Origin: Squalus acanthias
Taxonomy: Eukaryota
Reading direction: 5' to 3'
Length of the DNA: 64,000 bases
Assembly: GCA_030390025.1 (NCBI GenBank)
Contig: CM059431.1
Coordinates: 126,482,001-126,546,000, forward strand
The position numbers and the translations under genes are program-made. Numbering within the stretch: position 1 is the first letter of the stretch; every line of letters starts with the position of its first letter. Under the pieces are notes generated by a model. It searched no databases. It saw nothing but the letters and a program-made list of their open reading frames with translations, and had not been told where the DNA came from. Positions 12,728 through 25,529 of this stretch are shown here, piece after piece.

Positions 12728-13472
12728 GGCCCAAAAATTTGTGTTGATACGCGAGAGTACGCACTGTGTACTCTCGCGTATTCTGTCTCCAATTGCCGGT
12801 TTTCTGCAGGCACTGCGCATGCGCTGAAAACCGGCACTTGGTGAATGGAAAAGGGGGCGGTTCCTAGGTGAACCGCGTGCACACTACAGGCTGCGCGCAT
12901 GCAGTGCACTTAGTGCTTTGAACGCGCAGGTAAGTATGGAAGATTTTACACATAAAAAAAGGAGGAGTAAGACCCACTTTTAACAAGGTAAGTAGTGAAT
13001 TAAGTATTATTTTGAATTTTTTTTAACAGGTATATCTTTTTTAGAGACTTTAAAGACAGGTAAGTTTATTTTTATAACTTTTTAAAAGATTTTAAATTTT
13101 TTCAAAAATTTAATTTTTGATTTAAAATGGTTAATTTATTTAACTATACTTATTTTATTAATGTGATGGTTTTTAAAAAAAAAAATAATTGAGGTTTAGC
13201 TGTTCTTTTGGGGGGCTATAGTATTCATAGCTTTCACAGCACTTATGTGAAACTTATGAATGGAAGATGGTGTGCTGCCATTGGCTCTAACTGAGTCACG
13301 TGATCCCACAGCTCGCACAAATTAACTACGCCTGTGGGATACGAAAGCCCAGCACAGCAGCTGTCCAGAACATCAAGTTCGTGCGAGCTGGAACTGAAAA
13401 AGCCAACGCGCAGTGAGAGATCGCGGGGAAGCCTTACCCTCGCACGAAGGCTTCCTCACGAATTTTTGGGCC
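12728..13472. mobile_element. Harbinger-type MITE, family B copy 1
   Basis: TIRs ggcccaaaaatt(t/c)gtg, ATT target duplication; homolog at 35571..36313. Confidence 0.88.
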
Positions 13473-13475
13473 ATT

Positions 13476-13650
13476 GTAAGACTGAGATCGATAGATTTTT
13501 GGGCACTAAGGGAATCAAGGGATATTGGGATAGGGCGGGAAAGTGGAGTTGATGTAGAAGTTCAACCATGATCTTACTGAGTGGTGGAGCAGGCTCGATG
13601 GGCCGTATGGCCTACTCCTGCTCCTATTTCTTATGTTTTTATATGTTCTT
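13476..13650 (+). mobile_element. CR1 3' UTR fragment
   Basis: ggaatcaagggatat...atggcctactcctgctcctatttcttatgtt tail. Confidence 0.8.
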
Positions 13651-13654
13651 ATGT

Positions 13655-13940
13655 TCAACATCTCACAAACAGCAAAACACGAATGATCAGTTAAGCTATT
13701 TTTGGTGGTGTTGGCGGAAGGAAGGTTCTTATCCACACACCAGGAAAACTCCTTGCTCTTCCAATATTTACCTGAACTACCAGAACAGGCAGATAGGACC
13801 TCAGTTTAACATCTCATCTGAAGGGCAGTACGTCTGACAATGTGGTACTCACGCGGTACTACACCAGATTGTCAGCTCAGTTTATATATTCAAGTCTTGG
13901 ATAGGGACATCAAACCACAACCCTCTTACTCTGAGGCAAG
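13655..13940 (-). mobile_element. Degenerate DeuSINE (SacSINE1-like) fragment
   Basis: Shares cacaaacagcaa, gtttaacatctcatc and cacaacc..actctgaggc with the SINE at 34395..34822. Confidence 0.65.
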
Positions 13941-14687
13941 TAAAAGTTTTGCAATATAAATTGGGATATTGGTGCTATGTGGTGGATACTAAGGCCTATA
14001 CAATAAGCAATCAATAATTCTGTAATAGTTGGACAATGTCACTCAAAGGTCAAAAGAATAGTCAATAAAGAAAATGATAATGTAATATGGATGTGATTGT
14101 CTAAACATTGGGTTAAAGCACACCATGCTTTAATCTGAGCTGCTCTGATCTATATCTATATCTAATTTGTGCTGTGCCTAACCAGTGAGTGTTTTATACA
14201 AAAAATATTTCCCCCACCCCTCCAAGATAAGACATAAGACGTAGGAGCAGGAGTAGGTCATTTGGCCCCTCGAGCCTGCTCCACTATTCAATAAGATCAT
14301 GGCTGATCTGATCTTGGCCTCAACTCCACTTCCCTACCTGCTCCCCATAAGCCTTGACTCCCTTACCATTCTAAAATCTGTCGATGTCCACCTTAATATA
14401 TTCAACAACCCAGCCTCCACAGCACTCTGGGGAAGAGAATTCCAAAGATTCACGACCCTCTGAGAGAAGAAATTCCTCCTCATTTCCGTTTTAAATGGGT
14501 GCCCCCTTATTCTGAAATTATGCCCCCTAGTTCTAGATTCCCCCACGAGGGGAAACATCCTCTCTGCATCTACCTGTCAAGCCCCTTCAGAATCTTATAT
14601 GTTTCAATAAGATCCCCTCTCATTCTTCTAAACTCCAATGAGTATAGGCCCAACCTGCTCAACCTTTCTTCATAGGACAAACCCTAC

Positions 14688-17600
14688 GGGCTCGATTTTG
14701 CCAGTGTGGGTGGGCTGGGGCATGTCAGGTGGGATTCGTGTCAGGACCCCGACTCCTCAGTGAAGTGTTGAAAAATTGCGATTTTCCCCTAATTGGGCAA
14801 TTGATTTCCTGCGTGTGGGAACCACTGGCCCAATGAGTCTTTTCATACAGAAAGTCGCCTCCGATGACATCATCAATGCTGTTGGATTTAAGGCCTGCAA
14901 GCAGCCTTGATTCTTCTGGAGACTGGAAACGCTTTGGACATTGTATGAAGGACTTCATTTACCGACCATGTCCACCAGCAAGCAAAAGTGTGCACCTCGC
15001 TTTAATGAGCCCTCCCTCCAAGCTCTGGTGCAGGGAGCAAGATCGAATAAGGAGGTGCTCTTCCCTTCCTCAGTGAGAAAAAAGCCCACCCAGCAGACTA
15101 AAGCTGTGTGGCTGCAAGTGGCCCAGGAGGTCAACTCCATATCGATGAGCCGCAGAACCTGGCTGCAATGCAGGAAGAGGTTTCATGACCTTCTCCGCGC
15201 AAGAAAAGTGAGTATGACGTTCCCCTCACACACCCTATCACTGTGACGCAATGACAACTTACAAGACACAGGGAGAGCCCTTTGTCTCCTTCTAAGCATC
15301 TATGTTATAGATTCTCTACACTCACTCCTTCATTCTCACTCAAACTCCACTTGTATCCCTCATTGCAGGAAAGGAGAGCCCACAATAAGAGGGAAAGAGC
15401 GAGGACAGTTGGAGGGCCACCCTCAGTAGCCCAGCTCACCCCCTCGGAGGAGGCGGCCCTGGAAATTGCCGGGATCGAGGAAGATTCCCAAGTGGGGGAC
15501 GGACAGGCGGGCGCTTCACAGCAAGCTGGTGACAGAATAGTTTGGCATCTCTCTCATTGACATTGCATGAGTGACTGATAATGATTCTGATGCTCTAACA
15601 GATTGACTTATGATCATCTGCACAATTCAATGTGCATGCAACCTTTACCTCACATCTCTAACTCTTTCCTTTACTCCCCCACAGGACCATCGAGAGCCCC
15701 CGTCCTCATTGTCCAGGAGGAACAGCCTGAGCTTCCAGACTCCTCAGAGGAAGCTGCAACCTCTGAGGGCACTCCATCAGCAGAATTAAGCGCACCCTGC
15801 ACCAGCGCAGACACTCACACCTCGGTGGGACCTTCGGGACATAGATTAAAGTTGTCACCTGGTGTATCACAGCTCAGAAGTGAGCATCAGCAGATGGTGG
15901 AAACAGGGACAGCAGTGGAGAGTCCTCATCGCAGTGGAGAGGACGCTCCCAGCTCGGCTCCGCTGCATGTCGACCCTGTGCCTCCGGGTCCATCCAGAAG
16001 GAGAGCAGTGCTGGAACTCCAGGAACAGGTGCAGGAGTCTCTGGCAGGTTTTGTCTCCAGGGTCGCTGCGAGTGTGGAGCGAATGGAGAAGTCCATCGCG
16101 AACATGAGCAGAGCCTTTGTGGAGGCGTTGGTGCATGAACGCATCACCACGGAAAGGATGGCAACCTTCTTGGAAAGGATGGCTACCTCCATGGTAAGGC
16201 TGGCTACCGTAGAGGAGAGGATGGCTACGGTACAGGAGAGGATGGCTACGTCCATGGAGGAGCTTAGTCACCAGGGTATGGAAAACATGGTAATTGTTCA
16301 GAATAGACTGACATCTCTTGAGGAGCGATGGTCAGCTATTGAGCAAACAAACCAGACTTTCATGCAAGTCCTCTGGAGTAGGACTTCCAGTGCAGAAATG
16401 GGTCCTCATGGCCCCCCTGCCATGCAGCAAGGTGCTGTCCAGCCACTTGCTAGCTCTGAGGTGGGGCTGACCCATGAGAGGGATGTTGGTGGCATACAAC
16501 AAGAAAGTGGGGACTCCTCTCCAAGCTCTCACACGACCATGTCACTGCAGAGCCTTTGATCAGAGCCCCACCAGAGTCCTCACCCAACTGAGATCGGCGT
16601 CTCAAACCCTGCACAGCAACAGGAGCAGCAGACTGTTGCCGAGCCCTCACAGGCTCGCAACCCCAGAGGATGCCCACCAAAGGTGTCAAGACAGGAGCAG
16701 CAAGAAAGTGAGCAAGGGGCCTCCACATCTGTTGAAGCCACAGGGGAAACACCACGTAGGAGCATGCGTAAGAGGAAGATAATGCACAAGTAGTCACAAG
16801 GGTAGTCACTTGGATGTAATGTTGTGTTTAATTTTGAAAAGCCATCAGTTGCTTATTGTCATAAAAAATTCTGATGGCAAACTGTTGAAGTTGTGGCTTG
16901 TGTCATTTCGCTAATGGGACTTCCACATTGATAGCTTAGGGCGACTTGCAATTGTCAGTATGGTGGTCAGAGTGATAGGAATCCGCAAGTTCTTGGCCAT
17001 TGTCGATTGTCTGGTAAGAAGGTGCGAGGCAAAAGTGTTTGATTGTGCAGGCTAAGCAAATCTGGCCAACATGAGTGTGTCCCTTGCATCCCGGGCAGCA
17101 ATGTGGTCATGCGCTGGCGCCTTCTGGCCTGTGCAGCTTCAGGTGGGTGAGCAACAGCTTGGCGCTCCTGTTGTTGCTGCTGCTGTTGGTGCTGCTGTTG
17201 TTCATGGTTCTGCTGCTGCCACAGCTGGTCTTCGTCCTTATCTGATGTCCAGGAGGAAAGTAAATAAATGGTTCCCATGCTTCTGGAATATGCCTCAGTT
17301 GAGGAAGCGCTCAGTCAAGGTGGTGAGAGGGGTTTCCCAGGAGGTCACAATGGAGATGGGTGTCAGGCTCCAAACTTCCACAACAATGGGTATTCCTGCT
17401 AAAAGTTCCCCCAGACCTGAGACAAAAAAGTTCTGCCACCTGCAAATGATGATTGCTGAAAACTCCTTTTGAATGGTGGAGCTGCAGCTGTTAGTAAGCA
17501 GTCCACTTGTGAGGCCGCCAGGATTCACTGGCGTCTTCCAGAGGAGACGTGCAGTACGTGGGAAAAGTGGTAAAATCAGAAAGGCCTCTCAAAATGGGAT

Positions 17601-17807
17601 TATAGAGGCACTTAACTGGTTGTCAAGGGCCTTAAGGGCCTATCCCACCTCTTGGAGGCGGGATGGAAACGGGGTCAGAAAACACGCATTTGGGAAAATT
17701 GCTCGGAGGCGGGATGGAGGCGGGATTGGGCCCGCCCCCATTTTTTGCGATTTTACCACCTCACACACCTCCAATCCTGCCTCCTCGAGCCTGGCAAAAT
17801 CGAGCCC
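14688..17807 (+). mobile_element. Non-autonomous PIF/Harbinger element (Myb-like gene kept, transposase deleted), copy 2
   Basis: Same 17-bp TIRs as 668..3929; flanks tac/aac; inserted in CR1. Confidence 0.92.
14968..16559 (+). CDS. Three-exon Harbinger Myb/SANT-like protein with ERMAT heptad coiled coil (3' end probably frameshifted)
   Basis: Exon 1 14968-15207 (APRFNEPSL..W..VA..RTWLQCRKRFHDL, gtgagt donor); exon 2 from 15369 (RAHNKRERARTVGG); exon 3 from about 15684. Confidence 0.75.
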
Positions 17808-17887
17808 AACATCTCCAGAATCAACCTCATGAACCTTCTCTGAACTGCCTCCAATGCAAGTTTATCCTCCTTAAATAAGGAGACCAG

Positions 17888-18774
17888 GGGGGAGAAATTC
17901 GGTATCGCCCCATTTGGGGCGCAATTATCGGCCGGGCGCAAAGTTTAGCGCCTGGCGCTAATTATCGCCTCCAACTGCAAACTTGGCTTCTATCGCCCCT
18001 GGAGGTGATTGGAGAGCTAAATCAGGCACTACACATCTCTCTTAAGGCGCTAACACCAAGGAGCGAGGCGCTACCTCAGAGCACTGGTGAAGCTCATGTG
18101 ATGTCAGTCAGCAATGGAACACAGACACACTGGTGCCGGCCAGTTCTTAAAGGGAAGTTTCGATCTTGCTCTCCATCCACACTCTGCTCATTGCAGCCTT
18201 GAATCTCGGCCTAGAGAGACCTGTACATCAATTCCGCTGGAAAGAACAATGGAGAGCCCAGGGTAAGAGCTCAGAGTGCAGCCCTCACAGTCTCTTCTAA
18301 ATCGATTCAAGGAATGTCAAATTAAATGAACCTGCAAAGTGCTGCTCAGTACCCAAAACTCCTTCACACAGCGTTGAATCTCTCCAGAAGTCTCTCTCTC
18401 TCAGAATGCATGTTGCACAAATGTTGTCGACAACAAAAGGCAGGAAGCGGTCGCTTTTAATTAGTGCTCCCCCAGTCCCTTCCGACTGCAAAATGCTCCC
18501 CTCAACCTGTCGTTGCTAGCGGCAGGCGGTAAAGCAGGGGGTGCCACTCAATATCCGGTCCGGGGTGCTACCAGGGTGTTGCACGCTCGACTGACGTCAC
18601 GATCTGCGGGCGCAGGTGATCGTGGCGGTAGTGTTTAGCGCCGCCGCAAAATGTCTGGTCAAGTTCGCGAGCGGCGCAAACATCACCGCGCCCGGGTGCT
18701 AGTTGTTTTTAATGCCCCATTAGCGCCCTCTTAGGATGCTAATGGGAGGTGCAAAGCAACCGAATTTTTTCCCC
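17888..18774 (+). mobile_element. Harbinger deletion-derivative MITE (~0.9 kb)
   Basis: Ends match the autonomous family (gggggagaaattc ... gaattttttcccc); both genes deleted; flanks cag/caa in CR1. Confidence 0.9.
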
Positions 18775-21700
18775 CAAAACTGTAGGCAGTACTCCTGGTG
18801 TGGTCTCACCAATTCCCTGTACAGTTGTAACAGGACTTCCCTACTTTTATATTTCATTCCCTTTGCAATAAAGCCTAACATTCCATTTGCCTTCCTAATT
18901 ACTTGCTGTACCCGCATGCTAACTTTTTGTGATTCACGTACAAGGACCCCCAGATCCCTCTGTACCTCAGCATTTTGTAATCTCTCCCCATTTAAATAAT
19001 AATTTGCTTTTTTATTTTTCCTACCAAAGTGGATAACCTCGCATTTTTCCACATTATACTCAATCTGCCAGATTTTTGCCCACTCACTTAGCCTATCTAT
19101 ATCCCTTTGGAGATTCTTTGCGTCCTCCACACAATTTGCTTTCCCATCTATCTTTGTATCATCATCAAATTTGGCTACATTACACTCGGTCCCTTCATCC
19201 AAGTCATTAATATAGATTGTAAATAGTTGAGGCCCCAGCACTGATCCCTACGGCACCCCACTAGTTACAGTTTGCCAACCTGAAAATTACCCATTTATCC
19301 TGACTCTTTGTTTTCTGTTAGTTAGCCAATTCTCTATCCATGCTAATATATTACCCCCAACCCTGTGAACTCTTATCTTGTGCAGTAACCTTTTATGTGG
19401 CACCTTATTGAATGCCTTCTGGAAATCCAAATGCACGACATCTACTCGTTCCCCTTTATCCACCCTACTTGTTATATCCTCAAAGAACTCCAGCAAATTT
19501 GTCAAACATGATTTCCCTTTCATAAAACCATGCTGACTCTGCTTGACTATATTATGATTATTTAAATGTCCTGCTACCACTTCCTTAATGATGGACTCCA
19601 GCATTTTCCCAATGACAGATGTTAGGCTAACTGGTCCATAGTTTCCTGCTTTCTGTCTCCCTCCTTTCTTAAATAGGGGTGTTACATTTGTGGTTTTCCA
19701 GCCCACTGGGACCTCTCCAGAATCCAGGGAATTTTGGTAGATTACAACCAATGCATCCACTATCTCTGCAGCCACCTCTTTTTAGACCCTAGGATGCAGG
19801 CCATCTGGTCCAGGGGACTTGCTCGCCTTTAGTCCCATTAGTTTGCCTAGTACTTTCTCTCTAGTGATAGTGATTGTTTTAAGTTCCCCCCCACCTCAAT
19901 AGTCCCTTGATTATCCATTATTGGGATGCTTTTAGTGTCTTCTACCATGAAGACCGATACAAAATATTTGTTCAAAGTCTCCGCCATTTCCCTGTTTCCC
20001 ATTATTAATTCCCCAGACTCATCCTCTGGGGGACCAATGTTTACTTTAGCTACTCTCTTCCTTTTTATATACCTGTAGAAGCTCTTACTGTCTGTTTTTA
20101 TATTTCTTGCTAGCTTACTCTCATAAGCTATCTTCTCTCTCTTTATCATTTTTTAAGTCGTCCTTTACTGGTTTTTAAAAATTTCCCTATCCTCTGGCCT
20201 TCCACTATTCTTCGCAACATTGTATGCCTTTGTTTTCAATTTGATACCATCCTTTACTTCCTTAGTTAGCCATGGATGTTTCATCCTTATCTTAGAGTCT
20301 TTCTTTCTCACTGGAATATATCTTTGCTGAGAGTTATGAAATATCTCCTTAAATGTTTGTCACTGCTTTTCTACAGTCTTACCCTGTAATATATTTGCCC
20401 AGTCTACTTTAGCCCACTCTGTCTTCATACCTTTGTAATAGCCTTTATTTAAGACACTAGCTTGAGACCTAGCTTTCTCACCCTCAAACTGAATTTGAAA
20501 TTCTACCATGCTATGATCACTCTTCCCAAGAGGATCCTTCACTTCGAGATCATTAATTATTCCAGCCTCGTTACACATTACCAGATCTAAAATAGTCTGC
20601 TCCCTGGTTGGTTCCACAACGTATTGTTCCAAGAAACCATCCTGCATACACTCTAAGAAGTCTTCCTCAAGTTTACCTTTGCCAATTTGCTTTGTCCAAT
20701 CAATGTGAAGATTAAAATTTCCCATGATCATAGCCGTACCTTTCTTAAAAGCCTCTATTGTTTCTTGATTTATACTCTGTCCTATAGTGTGGCTACTGTT
20801 TGGGGGCCTGTAGACCACTCCCACCAGTGACTTCTTACCCTTATTATTTATTATCTCCATCCAAACTGATTCTACGTCTTGATCTTCTAAGTCAATATCA
20901 TTTCTCACTACTACACTGATCTCATCCCTTATTTACAGAGCTACACCACCTCCTTTTCCTTTCTGCCTGTCCTTATGAAATGGCAAATACCCCTAAATAT
21001 TCAGTTCCGAGCCTTGGTCACCTTGCAACCATGTCTCTGTAATGGCTATCAGATCATACCCATTTATTTCTATTTGTGCTGTCAACTTATCTATCTTGTT
21101 ACGAATGCTGTGTGCGTTCAGATATAGAGCTTTAATTTTGTCTTTTTACCATTTTTCCCTACTCTGACCCCTCTTTCTGATGCACTCTTATGTGTATACG
21201 CTCTGTCCCTTCCTGTCACACTCTGGTTATCATTACCCCTATCGCTACCCTGCACTTTTGCCTTCTCATTTTTCTTTGACTTTTTATATTTCCACTCAGC
21301 GGATCCCTCCCCCCCCACTATTTAGTTTAAAGCCCTATAATCATTTATTTTTATATTGTTGAGCCATTTTACAGCTTTCGGAATTAAACTTAAAGTAACA
21401 GCACCATTTTATCTCATAAAAGATTTGGCTCGGTTATCTATTGAAATATAATGAATACTTTCACATATTAAAGATGAGGAGTATTGTTGATTATAGTTAC
21501 ACTAGCTTTGCCAAAGCTGCATTTATACGTGTGGAAATATAAATTATTCCTTTACAAAAAATTAGCATACATAATGTATGGTAAATAAGTTGTACCACAT
21601 TATCTTGTTCAAATGCTTTGAGCTGATACCATCTTGCAGGATTTTACAAGTTTACATTTTGCAGACTATTAATTATTGTATGCTTCCCACAATATAACAT

Positions 21701-22581
21701 AAGTGAGCAACTAGGGAAGAGCGATGTAAATAGTAGCAAGGCATGCTAAGGGAGCATCACACACACAGTGGCGAAAGATTCAGATTTATAGCTGTTAATT
21801 TAATTTTATTTCCAATTTCTCTCCTAGGCAAGTATTCTGTACATTTGTTATATTGATTCCATCCAGTTTGTTGCTTTATGAGAACTAAAGCATGAAATTA
21901 TTGTTGGTGATCTTATTCCGCTTGGATGGAACGGCAGTTTAAACGATGCCTTACTTTTTGCCCCGCAGCTGTTTTAATGCCTATGGTTGAGGTGTCTGCC
22001 TGAGTCAGGTGGGCGCCCCTAAATATATGTTATTTGACGTCCTATTGCTCAGATAGGACCCCGAGATAATTTCAACGACTGACTGGCTAGGGCATCTGCC
22101 GTAAATGATCCGACTGGTAAAATGTACCAGACAGAAGCAGAGGTTGCGAAGAGTAAGCAGTATTGCCAGCTCTCGCGATTCCATCGTGAGAGATGCGGTT
22201 TAGCGGAGAAATAAAGCATCACTTGCGATCACATGATGAAACACCTAAAGCTAATGCGATTTGCGCAAGCGCGAGATAAATATATGGCGATTATAAAGTG
22301 GAGTATTGGATGGTCGCGTTATTTTCTGGAGGTAACGTTCTTCATTGATTGTACATCAAAGAGCAATTAGCCAATAACAGATCGGTGGTTTTTAAACTTG
22401 AAACATATGTACTTGAAAATCACCATCTTACTGGACTAGGAAACAGGAAAGCTGATCCCGATCTATTAACAGGACGGAGGTGTTGTTGCACAAACTGGTC
22501 GTTAACAAAGGACGGCATTCCCATCACTTCACGACTGTTGCATTCCTGGAGCAAAGATTGCACATCTGCTTCAAAAATGTT

Positions 22582-23300
22582 GGGCAGGAAATTGCGGTCG
22601 GAGGCTTCCCGCAGGCGAATGCCTCCGAACCGCAAGTAAACTCCACACCTACCTGGTGCCTCCGGAGCTTCGAAGACTCGCACTCCTGGGCTTGCAGGCA
22701 TACGCCTGCGTAAAGGCCCACGTATCCCAGGGGTGCAGGTGGTTCACAAGCGTCCCTGGGATCAAGTGGGACTGCCCAGCCAATCACAAAGGGGAATTCC
22801 CATTATGCTTATGGGAATTCCATTTATGTACGGAATCCCCATAAGCATAATAGGAATCCCCTAAAAAATACATTTAACAGCAGTTAAATAAAAATAAATC
22901 ATCACATGGTCAAAATTAATTAAAATACAATTTAATTAATCATTTAAAACAAAAAGTTTAATTTTTGAAAAATAAATATAGACATTTTTCAAGGGGCCAG
23001 AATAACCTAAACTAATTTTAAAGGTTTTTGTATGGTTAAATCATTTAAAAATAATTATTTTAATAATTATTTAAACCCTTACACTGGTAAAAGAAGGCCT
23101 TACACCTGCTTTTGCCAGGCGTAAGAGTTTTGTGGACATTCGCTGGGCAGTAGTTGGGCAAATAGCCCAACTCTCCACCAGCGAATGTCCATTTCCTGTG
23201 GATTCGTACGATGTGTCAAGCTGAAACTTGACAGATCGCATTGCATGCGGAACCCCGGAACTTGCGGGGCACTGATGACCGCGTACGCTGTGCAGGCCAT
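22582..23300. mobile_element. Harbinger-type MITE, family C
   Basis: Starts gggcaggaaattgcgg; shares ggcccacgtatcccag...gttcacaagcgtccctgggatca and an AT-rich core with 46455..47142. Confidence 0.7.
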
Positions 23301-24153
23301 TATTTTTAAATGGAGATTAATCTTAAAACATTAATTTTGCTGTTTAGAACAACTTGAAATACTCGTTCCCAAAGTGAGTCTCCCTCCTGCGATCCGACCA
23401 TCCGGGCTCTTTATATCATTAATACTATAACCGGGAAGGGATTGTATTGCAAAAAATAAACAAGCAGGGAAGATCAAAAAAAATAACTAGAAAAAAAACC
23501 ACAAGATGGAGTTTGCAAAAAGGATCAGGGTTAAAGGATAAGAAATGCAACAGGCCTATATTAAAGTGAGCTGGAAGGTGAGAATGAGGGAGAGAGACAG
23601 GAAAGGAGCTTCAAAGTGTGTGTGTGGGAGAGAGAGCCCATTGCATTTCATTGGCAGCCATCTCAGCCCTGTAACTGTGTGTTTTTTTTAACAGGGAAAT
23701 GTGGGGAGGAGTGAGGTTTAAATGTATTAATGTGCATCGGATCGATGTGTGCTTCCTCCTGAGCCATCATATATCAGCACCAGCACATTTATATTGCAAC
23801 ACCATCATCGACATCTGGCCTGAGGATAATAACCGCAAAAAAAAGGCCAGAGCCGAAGTTCACAAGCAAGCAAAAATAAAGCATCGTAATTATTATTGAT
23901 CATTTATAGCTAGAGAGCTGAGTAACTGTTTTGGGGAAGTTAGATTCGCACCCCAAGCATAGAGAAATCCTTATTTGCTTTTACATTTTGTGATCAGAAG
24001 TGCAATGCACCTATTTCTTATGTTCTTATGTCAGTAATCGGTTAGTGACGGCTGAATGTGCTTCCTGTCCAAGAGCAAAAGTCGCGGAATGGGCTTCCTG
24101 TCTGGGAGCAAAGGTCAGTGAGGGGTTGGGTCGGGAAAAAGTAACAACTCATA

Positions 24154-24873
24154 GGGGGAGAAATGCGCTAACTTTTGAAATCTTGAAAAATGAGCGCCAG
24201 GCGCTAATGATTGTGAGCTTCCAGTAAATTGGCTGTTAGCAATCCAGGAAGGAAGTGGAGCGCTAAATCAAGCATTACCACTTCACTTGGAGTGCTAAAG
24301 CCGGCAATGTTGAGGGCAGCACTGCCGGGAACGGAGGCTCCTTCCCTCCCTTAAAGGGAAGGGCCATTGCTGAAGGCTCTGCATTGAAACAAGGTCCCTC
24401 ATCGCCGACGGCAGCCACGATCTGACACGATCATGTCCCAAGCACTCTAGCAAAGTATAGGGTTGATTGATCGCGGCCGAAAAAAATGCTGAAAAATGAA
24501 CATAAGGCATTAAGAAAAAAACATTTTCATGCAACCATCTCACCTTTAAATACCGCTCCCCAAGCGGCCGGCCTCCCTGAAAACGCCTCCTGCAACTGTC
24601 GGTGTTGTCGCCCGGCAATGCTGCAGGGGGGCGGAACCGAATTTTGGGTCCGCGGCGCTACTGGGGCGATGCGCAGCATGATGATGTCACGATCTCAGGG
24701 CACAGGACTTAGTGGCGCTAGGGGTTACTGCCGCCACAAACTTCGACGGGAATTTCGCGGGCATCGGTACTCTCGCTGCGCCTGGTCACAAAGCCGGTAG
24801 TGACCCATTATCACCCCCCCCCCCCCCACCGGAGGCACTAATGGGAGGCGCAACGGAGACGAATTTCTAGCCT
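24154..24873. mobile_element. Older Harbinger-type MITE related to the gggggagaaatt family
   Basis: gggggagaaat start, ggagcgctaaatca, taatgggaggcgca...gaatttct end. Confidence 0.75.
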
Positions 24874-24909
24874 CACATTTCTATAACAAATCTCATGATT
24901 TTTAACATT

Positions 24910-25275
24910 TTGACTCATGATTTATGAGACTTTGGGGTTGGCATTACTGGGTAAGTACAAAACTTTATGGGGCCAGGAAGAGCAGGGATGTGCTCCTCAG
25001 GGTCCCACAAGGAAAGGTTGGGCCTCTGCCACCCCGGGCTCTCCCTTTTCCACACTTGAAACCTTCCCGAACTCCCTCCCCCCGAGACGTATCTGAGCAA
25101 CCTCTAAGCTGCCTGATCTTCATGGAACAACAGCTGCCTCTTTATGCCATTATGGCTGAGTAGCTGGCCGGAAAAATGTTAATGGGGCCCGACCATTAAT
25201 ATTGACGGGGCCTACCATGGCAACTGGAGAGTCCAGCATCTCTCTCTGACTTTCCACCTGGGAGTTAAAATCTCC
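24910..25275. mobile_element. Probable degenerate MITE fragment
   Basis: GC-rich repeat-like stretch ending gggagttaaaat; boundaries uncertain. Confidence 0.35.
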
Positions 25276-25529
25276 AATAAACACAGCTCATTCATATGAC
25301 ATTCCTTCATTTCTTACTTTGTGGAGTCATTAACCCATTCAAAATAAATAGGTTAATGCCTGTATTAGCATAGCAGTCAGAGGATTTCATACTTTCACAC
25401 GAGGAGGTCATATACTAATATTGACAGCAATAATTTCTAGTTTTAAATTTCCCAAGTAATGTTCATTATTGTACGGAACATAAGGACTTCTGTTCTCAAA
25501 TAATTGAGAATTTCCAGTTTATTATTTAG

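Larger units (their letters stand above)
14228..21335 (-). mobile_element. Decayed CR1 LINE (ORF2 and end of ORF1) interrupted by two Harbinger insertions
   Basis: Segments 14228-14687, 17808-17887 and 18775-21335 join seamlessly; GVVYRPP, KSDH, QSQHGF, LDFQKAF, LGPQLFTIYIND motifs. Confidence 0.92.
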
